The notes beneath the pieces are model-generated. The model was not told the origin of the DNA and ran no database searches. It saw only the letters and a program-made list of their open reading frames with translations. From positions 1 through 64,000 of the IMG/VR virus record IMGVR_UViG_2850126897_000005: 64,000 nucleotides of DNA; one strand, written 5' to 3'. This document shows positions 56,310 to 64,000 of this stretch, piece after piece (the stretch's first letter is position 1; the number at the start of each line of letters is the position of its first letter). The DNA comes from a virus. Lineage: Duplodnaviria > Caudoviricetes. Both the position numbers and the translations under genes were made by a program.

Positions 56310-58359
56310 AGCGCAGGAACACAATAGCGACGTATATATTTCAATACGTCGCCATCAAGAAGCCAATAAGCCAGAGTTGCCGAAATCAGCGACTCTGGCT
56401 GAACGCATTATGTGGGATGCCAATAGAGATGATGCCGAGTGGCGTCATGAAATTATTGCGCACGTCCCCGATTTCCTTGCCATCTATTTTGCTACCAAAT
56501 ACGCCAAAATCTTTAAAAAATCAGGTCGTCGTCGTGCCAATGAATTTTTACGCAAAACCGCTAAGAATGTATTGCCACGATTTGAACGTGTGATGAAACA
56601 GTATGAGTTTAAACACTATGCATCGGGTAACGTGCCATTTCCTTTTATCGAACAACTGGAAAATATTGCGCAGTTAGATAGAACGGTTATCAAATCACTA
56701 GCCAGTGATATTGCTAGCTTTATGAGTGAAAACTACCAATCAGCAACAGAGCAATACGCGAACAACGACCCACAAAATGAATATGAAGCCCGTGAGCGTT
56801 TAGATAAAACCTATTCATTTATCGCTAAATTAACGCTGCAATCAGGCACACAGCCCCCTTATTGGCAACAATTCATGCATGGCCGCAAGAAACCAACCGA
56901 CGATCAGCTATGTGCTGCACTGCTACGCATGTTTGATGCTGCGTGGTGGTACCGTCGTTTAAAACGTTTGTGCGATGTAAAACGTGAACACCTCGCCATT
57001 GCGATTGGTCAGGTACAAAAATCAGCATCGCCTTATGTCTCTAAAACGACATTGCATCGATGGGTAGAACAAAAGCGCGCTAACTGGCAATACCTAAAAG
57101 ATTTTGAGTTAGAAGATGAGGACGGTAACCGTTCTGATTTATCAAAAATGGTATTGGGTAGCGTGGCAAATCCTGCCGTTCGTCGTTGCGAATTGATGGC
57201 GCGAATGCGTGGCTTTGAGGATTTAGCAGATGAAATGGGTTGTGTGGGCGAGTTCTATACCATCACCGCACCTTCAAAATACCATTCAGCCTACCAAGCA
57301 GGCGGCTTTGTCACTAATTGGATGGGAAATGATCCGCGCGCAACACAAAAGTACCTTTGTGGCGTTTGGCAAAAAATCAGAGCGGCTTACGCAAGAGCTG
57401 GCATTCGTGTGTTTGGCTTTCGCGTTGTTGAACCCCACCACGATGGCACACCACATTGGCATATGTTGTTATTTGTTCGCCCTGAACAGGTAGACGAGCT
57501 GCGCGATATCTTTTGTTATTACGCTCGGTTGGAAGATTCGGAAGAACTGCAATCTTATAAAGCGCTAAAAGCCCGTTTTCATGTAGAGCCTATCGATAAA
57601 GAGAAAGGCAGTGCCACAGGTTATATCGCTAAGTACATCAGTAAGAATATTGATGGCTATGCTATGGATGATGAAATTGATGAAGAAACAGGACAGAAAG
57701 CCAAAGAAATGGCGCGTTCGGTTTCGGCTTGGGCATCACATCATAAAATTAGACAGTTTCAACAAATAGGCGGTGCACCTGTGTCTGTATGGCGTGAATT
57801 ACGTCGTATGGGTGATGACGTCGAAGCATCAACAGGTTTAGATGTTGAGTTTGCCGAGGTTCACAAAGCGGCAGATACAAGCAATTGGAGCGAGTACACG
57901 AAATTACAAGGTGGTGCATTTGTACGACGAGCTGACCTTATTGCGCGCCTTTGGTATGAGCGTGAAGAAAAGACCAACGCATACGGTGAGCCCGTCGATT
58001 GCATCAAGGGGGTTTACTGTACTTTGGTGGGTAACGACTCCCCAATTATCACACGCATTAAGAACTGGCAGATTGTGCCGAAGTTAGCCGAAGCGACAGC
58101 GGAGGCTGGTTTTGATGGCGCGATTAGCGCCCCTTGGAGTTCTGTCAATAACTGTACGGAGGTTCTCGGTACGGTTAAAGATAGAAATGTGGCCATCAAT
58201 AATATTGTGGATGCAGCCAAGTCGATTGGGATAATTTTTGACCCTGATAAGGATAAACCAATGTTGCTTTCATTATGGAAAGGAGCTGTTTATACAGAGA
58301 ATGGCCAAAGCGTGAGGTTTCACGGGAATGGCCATATTCAGAGGGTAGCGACTAAGTAA
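56302..58359 (+). CDS. A: Replication endonuclease gpA
   Basis: FYTITAPSKYH; VEPHHDGTPHWH; GYIAKYISKNIDG. Confidence 0.93.
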   Translation: MFEAQEHNSDVYISIRRHQEANKPELPKSATLAERIMWDANRDDAEWRHEIIAHVPDFLAIYFATKYAKIFKKSGRRRANEFLRKTAKNVLPRFERVMKQYEFKHYASGNVPFPFIEQLENIAQLDRTVIKSLASDIASFMSENYQSATEQYANNDPQNEYEARERLDKTYSFIAKLTLQSGTQPPYWQQFMHGRKKPTDDQLCAALLRMFDAAWWYRRLKRLCDVKREHLAIAIGQVQKSASPYVSKTTLHRWVEQKRANWQYLKDFELEDEDGNRSDLSKMVLGSVANPAVRRCELMARMRGFEDLADEMGCVGEFYTITAPSKYHSAYQAGGFVTNWMGNDPRATQKYLCGVWQKIRAAYARAGIRVFGFRVVEPHHDGTPHWHMLLFVRPEQVDELRDIFCYYARLEDSEELQSYKALKARFHVEPIDKEKGSATGYIAKYISKNIDGYAMDDEIDEETGQKAKEMARSVSAWASHHKIRQFQQIGGAPVSVWRELRRMGDDVEASTGLDVEFAEVHKAADTSNWSEYTKLQGGAFVRRADLIARLWYEREEKTNAYGEPVDCIKGVYCTLVGNDSPIITRIKNWQIVPKLAEATAEAGFDGAISAPWSSVNNCTEVLGTVKDRNVAINNIVDAAKSIGIIFDPDKDKPMLLSLWKGAVYTENGQSVRFHGNGHIQRVATK

Positions 58360-58413
58360 TAGTAAAGTAGAAGCATATAAGATAATGGTTAATAAACTAT
58401 ATTACGTAGTTTA

Positions 58414-59514
58414 TTAGCCATAGTGAAATTCAAAATATTCATTAAGGGCATTTTTAGATTCTATTTTTATTTCTTTTAATTCTATGCAAAGATTAAATAA
58501 TTTAGTTATTAAAATGTTTTTTGTTTCAATGAAATAACTAGGAGGTGGTTCGTTAATTATATCCAAAATACTATTATATACTAACACTAGCATTCCTATA
58601 TAATTACTAACCGCAGTCATGAGATAATATATATTTTTATAATTCAAATAATCCATTGTTAAAGCCATTAATTTCTCTTCCTCAGGGTCAATACGTTCAA
58701 TTTCATTTATTCCCTCATCTTTTAATGATTTAATTACTGTATCCAAATAATATTCTAGTTGGCTATCTTTGTTTTGTAAGTAACATAGAGTTATTATTTC
58801 TTTTATTTTCCTGGATAATTTATTGTTAATATCCACTATGCGTATTTTTTCTTTATTACAATGAATAAAACCACTGTATATTTGTTGAATAATTTTATCC
58901 ACTTCAACGTTTAAAGAAAAGAAATTGTTTTTTATTTTTGAAATAAATTCACGATCTACGGAATTATTTGCTCCTAATACAGGGTTACTTTTCTTATATA
59001 TTTCGGAGTACAATGTGTTAGGTGATAATATAGATATTTCCAATTCTGTTTCTGGTTGTTTTTTTATAACTGATTTAAACTCATCAATAATAAATTTATG
59101 ATGAGCATAAAAACTATCTGAAATATTTTTTTGCTCAGAAACGGAAATTTGTTTTTCAGTTTGTATCGTTCTATGAATATTCGAGACTATAACTCCAAAG
59201 ATCGGAGATAGTGCCAGTACACCTAATGGGAGCTTACTTTCATCAAAAAAAACACTAAATCCAGCTGAGTCAAAATTTATCTCGTTTGAAAGAAATACAA
59301 AATATTCAAGGTAAAAGAAAACACCGATAGGCACTATAATTCCTAACCAAAACAAGTATTGCTTATCTAAGCTATCTGATTTTATCTCAAAAGAAACCTC
59401 TCTAGTTCCTTTTAAGGATGCATCAGTTACTAAATAAGATATGGCAAAAAGTACTGCTATTGTGACTAGTAGCATAATCACTGGAATTTGTTCAATAGGT
59501 GATGTTCCCTTCAT
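58414..59514 (-). CDS. Membrane-anchored cargo protein, NIHRTIQT family (paralogue 2)
   Basis: LFWLGIIVPI...PLGVLALSP...SNIHRTIQT. Confidence 0.78.
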   Translation of the reverse strand: MKGTSPIEQIPVIMLLVTIAVLFAISYLVTDASLKGTREVSFEIKSDSLDKQYLFWLGIIVPIGVFFYLEYFVFLSNEINFDSAGFSVFFDESKLPLGVLALSPIFGVIVSNIHRTIQTEKQISVSEQKNISDSFYAHHKFIIDEFKSVIKKQPETELEISILSPNTLYSEIYKKSNPVLGANNSVDREFISKIKNNFFSLNVEVDKIIQQIYSGFIHCNKEKIRIVDINNKLSRKIKEIITLCYLQNKDSQLEYYLDTVIKSLKDEGINEIERIDPEEEKLMALTMDYLNYKNIYYLMTAVSNYIGMLVLVYNSILDIINEPPPSYFIETKNILITKLFNLCIELKEIKIESKNALNEYFEFHYG

Positions 59515-60530
59515 TTTACATCCTTGTTATATTTTACTGATGCTTGCCCTAACTGTTTTCTAATCATATATTTACCATAAAAATTTTGAGTAAACTTATT
59601 TTCGATTGAAAAATCATACCCTATAGAATAGAGTAATTTTTCTATGAATTTATCAATTTCTCGTAGTGCTTCCCATATATTATGCATGATATTTAATTGA
59701 TGATAAGTTTCACCCTTATCATAATCATAAGTAAAATCTAAGTATTTGTAATTCTCTTGCTCTAAACCAAAGTGCTCAAATAGATAAATTATGCTATCGT
59801 GTATGTCATAAATAATTTTGTTTATTCTTGTTTCATTTCCTACATACCTTATTATTGTTTCATCTGAGTTAATATGAAAATTCATCAGGTAACTCGTGGA
59901 ATGTTTGTATAAATCACCATATAGCTTATCTAGTTCAGTAATGAAATTATTAGATATGGCATTATTAGCACCTGCTAGAACAGATGACTCTTTGAAAATA
60001 TCTCTATATAATTTCATTCTGCTTTTTATTGTATATTCACATGATAAAAACCCAACTTTAAATTCTTTTAATTCATCACATATTATTTTCATGTGGGAGT
60101 TAAAAGAATCAAAGTTGTTTTTTAATTTTGTTATTTTTATTTGATCTTCCGTTCTTTCAATTTGTTCTTTTGTTTGTATAGTTCTATGAATATTTGATAC
60201 GAATACCCCAAATATTGGAGAGAATGCTAGAATACCCAAAGGTAATTTACTTATTTCAAGAAATTTATTATATCCTTGCCAAGAGCTATCTAATTCAGTT
60301 CCATACCAAGCAACAATCCCAAATAAAATAAAAGAGAATATTGGTAATAATATAGCTATCCAAAATAAATTTTGTTTATCTAAACTATCAGGTGTTAATT
60401 TGACCATCTCCCTAGCTCTTTTACAAAAAAGAATGAGAAGAATAGTTGGTGGAAAAATACACACGATGAGTATGAACCACCAATTTAACTGCGTTTGTTT
60501 TTTATTTTTTTTATTTTGTTCAATATCCAT
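59511..60530 (-). CDS. Membrane-anchored cargo protein, NIHRTIQT family (paralogue 3)
   Basis: LFWIAILLPIFSF...PLGILAFSP...SNIHRTIQT; ATGA-coupled to paralogue 2; start 60530 or 60554. Confidence 0.78.
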   Translation of the reverse strand: MDIEQNKKNKKQTQLNWWFILIVCIFPPTILLILFCKRAREMVKLTPDSLDKQNLFWIAILLPIFSFILFGIVAWYGTELDSSWQGYNKFLEISKLPLGILAFSPIFGVFVSNIHRTIQTKEQIERTEDQIKITKLKNNFDSFNSHMKIICDELKEFKVGFLSCEYTIKSRMKLYRDIFKESSVLAGANNAISNNFITELDKLYGDLYKHSTSYLMNFHINSDETIIRYVGNETRINKIIYDIHDSIIYLFEHFGLEQENYKYLDFTYDYDKGETYHQLNIMHNIWEALREIDKFIEKLLYSIGYDFSIENKFTQNFYGKYMIRKQLGQASVKYNKDVK

Positions 60531-60610
60531 ACCACCCCCTATCAAAATTTGCACAGAATTCTAATCGATCAAAAAATTTTAAACTACCTCTTTCATACTA
60601 GGTAAATTTA

Positions 60611-60626
60611 CTGTATAAATAACCAG
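60611..60626. promoter_or_regulatory. LexA (SOS) box
   Basis: TA-CTGTATAAATAACCAG-TA fits CTG-N10-CAG. Confidence 0.85.
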
Positions 60627-60657
60627 TAAAGTGATTTTATGTAAGAGGATCATGTAG

Positions 60658-60864
60658 ATGCTAGAGGCGTCAGTGGCGTTGGAACGGATAGAAATCATCG
60701 CCAGGTTTGGGAGTTTGGATTTATGTAATGATAAAGAGCGCCAAGTTGTATTAGCGCTGATTATGGAAATCGCAGAGGACACACGCAGAATTGAGAAACA
60801 TAAAATAAAAAAGTCACTCGAAAGTGACCAACGGAAAGCAGCTTTAAACGGGGCTGGACTTTAA
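60658..60864 (+). CDS. tum: Tum-like SOS-inducible antirepressor
   Basis: LERIEIIAR...C...ERQVVLALI.EIA resembles phage 186 Tum; LexA box upstream. Confidence 0.75.
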   Translation: MLEASVALERIEIIARFGSLDLCNDKERQVVLALIMEIAEDTRRIEKHKIKKSLESDQRKAALNGAGL

Positions 60865-61107
60865 CAAGTCTAGCGCCATTTGGCGCTGTTCAGGGTTTAA
60901 ATTCTGTATCATCGAACCAATCATTTTATTACTTTTCGCGCTTGGGCTAATCGTATGGTCAAACGTCAGGCTTAATACATAAGTATGGCCGCATTCGACG
61001 TCACTACATGCACAATAGAGATCTGAAATTTCACGATGCTTTCTATTTGATTTACGAATAATCGCCTTTTCCCCACACTCAGGGCAGAATATTTTTAATA
61101 CTCGCAT
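60844..61107 (-). CDS. ogr: Ogr/Delta zinc-finger late activator
   Basis: CPECG...LYCAC...CGHTY. Confidence 0.88.
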   Translation of the reverse strand: MRVLKIFCPECGEKAIIRKSNRKHREISDLYCACSDVECGHTYVLSLTFDHTISPSAKSNKMIGSMIQNLNPEQRQMALDLLKSSPV

Positions 61108-61217
61108 GTTCCAAATCTCCGCTTGATAATGACCCCGTAATTTTAGCTTATTTTTACACATTTTTCATTTCCCTATGAACATTAAATTCCGTAAACATCA
61201 TTAATTTTGCGTTATTT

Positions 61218-62243
61218 TTAATTAAATTGGTGGCTATCTTCTTGAAAAGTGATCTTTAAATGATCGGGCACCTCACCATCATTATTTATCGCGTTTGCAA
61301 ACATGCGCTGAACAGGAATAATTTCATCTTGTCGGTACGCTTCACGGGCATTGCGCGGGTCACCTAAGCCGCCAACATTGCCAGGAATAATCCCTGCCAA
61401 CCCCGCAGGGAAACGATGTGCGGTTAAAATATCCTGCGCACTGATGTTTTTCACATTACTAAATTCATCATTGGCCGAAATATCACCAACAGGAATAAAC
61501 TTGATACCGTCCGCATCCCCATTGGGAATATGCACAAACATGGTTTCAAAGTTACCAATCCCTTTGCTTTGCTCTAATTTTTTGGTGATCATCACTTCCA
61601 CTTCATCGGTGAGCATTGGATCATTACAAAAAATCATTCCCCCAGTATGTGCCCCGTTGTGGTAGTAACGACGACGAAAGATGGTGGCCTCACTGTTTAA
61701 CATGGCCGCATGAATGCCCCCGATATAATCAGGAATGCCATAAACTTGCTGTTGGGGGTCATACTGTTTTATGTAAATCACATCGTCGGGGGTATACACC
61801 ATCGGCTCACCTTCTTGCAAAATCACAAAATCATCGTTTTTGCGACGACGCATAAACAGCGCTGGCAGCACATACAGCCCAACCACTTCCCCGTAATAAT
61901 TGCGCAGCTTTAAGATGGGCGTATCACCAAACACAATATAATCCAACACGCTGGCACGCAGCTCCTGATGCGTGAGGCCACCGCCTTGGTAATCCGATAA
62001 CACCATATTGGCACGCGCATGAATAACGCCCCCGTGTTGGCCATTTAAATTCACCAATTGCGCCAAGGCGGTGCGGTCTATCGGTAAGCTGTAATGGTCA
62101 TAATCATTGTCATACCAAATGTTTTGGTATTCCGTATGGGTGGTTAAAATGGGTTCTGGCTTGCCTAATGTGATGATGTTCATCGATTTTTGGCTCGTAG
62201 TTTGCTTTTGTGCGGTTTTCCGTAACTTTTTCTTACTCATCAT
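61218..62243 (-). CDS. Q: P2-type portal protein gpQ
   Basis: YDPQQQVYGIPDY; FRRRYYHNGAH; AHRFPAGLAG. Confidence 0.92.
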   Translation of the reverse strand: MMSKKKLRKTAQKQTTSQKSMNIITLGKPEPILTTHTEYQNIWYDNDYDHYSLPIDRTALAQLVNLNGQHGGVIHARANMVLSDYQGGGLTHQELRASVLDYIVFGDTPILKLRNYYGEVVGLYVLPALFMRRRKNDDFVILQEGEPMVYTPDDVIYIKQYDPQQQVYGIPDYIGGIHAAMLNSEATIFRRRYYHNGAHTGGMIFCNDPMLTDEVEVMITKKLEQSKGIGNFETMFVHIPNGDADGIKFIPVGDISANDEFSNVKNISAQDILTAHRFPAGLAGIIPGNVGGLGDPRNAREAYRQDEIIPVQRMFANAINNDGEVPDHLKITFQEDSHQFN

Positions 62244-64000
62244 GCAGCCTTTTGAAATTTATATTTAGATTTACGCTGTCTTTCATTGTTTAGCGGTTCG
62301 TTGGCCACGGCGTGTGAGGTGGCAAAAAACACGTCTGCGTGACCCGTTTCCTTACTGCGATCCGCGATAAAGGTCATTGAGCCCCCTTTACCCGTGGTGG
62401 TGTGCCGAATGGCTAAGAAGCTGGCCATAATTTCTTTTTGCTCGACGTCCCAGGCAATGCGCTGCTCATCCACCAAATCAATCATTTTGAGCACCAGTTG
62501 AGTTTTGGTGTTTTGGCTGTAGTGAATGGCGGTAGTGACGCGCGGAGCAAAGTCGGCCACCATCTCATATACCCCGTGACCAATCCCTGTGGTATCGATG
62601 CCGATGTGGGTAAAACGGTATTGGCTGTACAGGTCTTGGATTTGTTTGGCTTGGTGTTTCCAGCTCATGCCTTGCCAATAAAAAGTGGCGAGGACGCGAA
62701 AATATTCCCCTGCCACCAAAGGCGGTGCAACTATCACAAAGGTGGACGTATCCCCTGAACGTGCAGGGTCGTAACCGCCCCAAACCTCTTTATCACCAAA
62801 CGGCCGTGGGGCATTAATATCGTGATCATCCCAAACACCAATATCGATGGCACATTTTTCAAGGTCGTTATATTTGAAAACCGACGCACCACTGTCGACA
62901 AACACGCACATATACAGCATATTAAAGGTGTCTTTGTTATAGCGGTTGCGCAGTTTTTCAATGGATGCCAGGTTAAACCCGTTTCGGACGGCATCTTCAA
63001 TTGTAATGACATATCGCCACTGGCCATCGGGGCAATCACGGCCACCGTCTTGCATCTCTTCAAAGCTTGGGAATTCCACATTCTTACGTTTGGCATCACT
63101 GCCGCGCCACTCGTCACCTGTCCAAAATGGGTAAGCAGGATGGGTTTTGGCGCTGGGCGTGGAAAAATAAGTGGTGCGCCATTTATCGTGGGTCGCCATC
63201 GCAGAGGCCACTTCATTCAGGCGTTTAAAATCAGGTACCCAAAAGTATTCATCGCAATACAAATGGCCACTGTATGACTGTGCGGTGTTTTTATTGGTGG
63301 ATAAGAAGCGCAGCTCTGCGCCATTGCTTAAACGGATAGGGTTACCCGTGAGCGTGACACCAAAGAATTTGTCCGCGATATTGACGATATAAGAACGGAA
63401 CACCTCCGCTTGTGGTCGTGAAGCGGATAAAAAGATTTGCGGGTCGCCAGTGAGTACCGCGTCTTCAAACGCTTCAAAGGCAAAATACCAGGTCGCCCCA
63501 ATTTGGCGTGACTTGAGGATATTGCGAATGACCTTTTTAATATTAATGCGCAGGTGTTTTTGGTAGCCAAATAGCATTTCATCCGCGAATTTTTGAAAGT
63601 CTTCAGGGGTCAGTTCAGAGATATCATTTTTCTTATAACGACGTTTTTTCTTACTTTCGCCATCGTCGCTTGTACTGTATTCCCCGCCAGACTCCGCTTG
63701 CGCTTTGATTTCAGCCAGCTTTTCTTTGTGCTTATTGGCCTGCGCCATCAATTTGACGTGATGGGCTATCAGTCTGTCGAGCTCCTCCAGTTCAAGTTCC
63801 GTTTTTTTATTGCGCTCCGATAACAGCGCAATGCGCCGGTTAATTGCCTCTAACACGCTCTCATGGTTGAGCATATCCGCCCAGCACCACTTTTGCGCCC
63901 AATAGTAGACAATCCGCCTGTTAGGCAGGTTAAGTTCCTCCGCGATTTCAGCAGGGGTATAGCGTCGCAAGTAAAGTGACTTGGCGACCTGTATTTTTGC
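62240..64000 (-). CDS. P: P2-type terminase ATPase gpP (5' end beyond window)
   Basis: LKSRQIGATW; YCDEYFW; GHADVFFA; frame open to window edge. Confidence 0.92.
   Translation of the reverse strand, partial: AKIQVAKSLYLRRYTPAEIAEELNLPNRRIVYYWAQKWCWADMLNHESVLEAINRRIALLSERNKKTELELEELDRLIAHHVKLMAQANKHKEKLAEIKAQAESGGEYSTSDDGESKKKRRYKKNDISELTPEDFQKFADEMLFGYQKHLRINIKKVIRNILKSRQIGATWYFAFEAFEDAVLTGDPQIFLSASRPQAEVFRSYIVNIADKFFGVTLTGNPIRLSNGAELRFLSTNKNTAQSYSGHLYCDEYFWVPDFKRLNEVASAMATHDKWRTTYFSTPSAKTHPAYPFWTGDEWRGSDAKRKNVEFPSFEEMQDGGRDCPDGQWRYVITIEDAVRNGFNLASIEKLRNRYNKDTFNMLYMCVFVDSGASVFKYNDLEKCAIDIGVWDDHDINAPRPFGDKEVWGGYDPARSGDTSTFVIVAPPLVAGEYFRVLATFYWQGMSWKHQAKQIQDLYSQYRFTHIGIDTTGIGHGVYEMVADFAPRVTTAIHYSQNTKTQLVLKMIDLVDEQRIAWDVEQKEIMASFLAIRHTTTGKGGSMTFIADRSKETGHADVFFATSHAVANEPLNNERQRKSKYKFQKAA

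Larger units (their letters stand above)
51745..64000. mobile_element. P2-family (186/Fels-2-like) prophage, partial
   Basis: int-cI-apl-cII-rep A-tum-ogr-portal-terminase order. Confidence 0.92.

Noticed and set aside
58414-60554. Retron (Ec48-like) system
   Set aside because: There is no reverse transcriptase ORF or msr-msd structure. Only a loose resemblance to the effector layout remains.
1-64000. CRISPR array, rRNA, and the many opposite-strand or nested ORFs in the track
   Set aside because: No repeat-spacer array or rRNA signature was seen. Shadow ORFs overlap well-supported genes and lack RBS or recognisable motifs (Rz1 excepted).

Overview
This window appears to be a tandem array of three mobile elements integrated at the 3' end of the tmRNA gene (ssrA). 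ssrA is on the minus strand and its intact copy lies beyond position 64000. The host is probably a Morganellaceae genus such as Providencia (inference from gene families). Left to right: (i) a P4/CP4-57-type integrase island carrying a LeoBC-LeoA dynamin pair (Eleos-like defence) followed by IS481; (ii) an apparently complete ~45 kb lambdoid-regulated prophage with a contractile tail (6864-51776), many AT-rich cargo genes and a gtrAB-type O-antigen modification cluster; (iii) the left part of a 186/Fels-2-like P2-family prophage (51745 to window end). Two observations stand out. First, a candidate ~115-nt plus-strand small RNA (13335-13450) has 13-18 nt of perfect complementarity to a repeated ribosome-binding motif, GAGGCAAGACCAATG. 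That motif starts the recombinase gene, a 56-aa ORF, and three ORFs that abut or overlap the starts of xis, replication O and Q. Second, the P2-like prophage carries three diverged paralogues of one membrane-protein family (NIHRTIQT motif) at two cargo sites, one being the known rep-portal antiviral hotspot. Family assignments come from motifs recognised by eye; no database searches were run.
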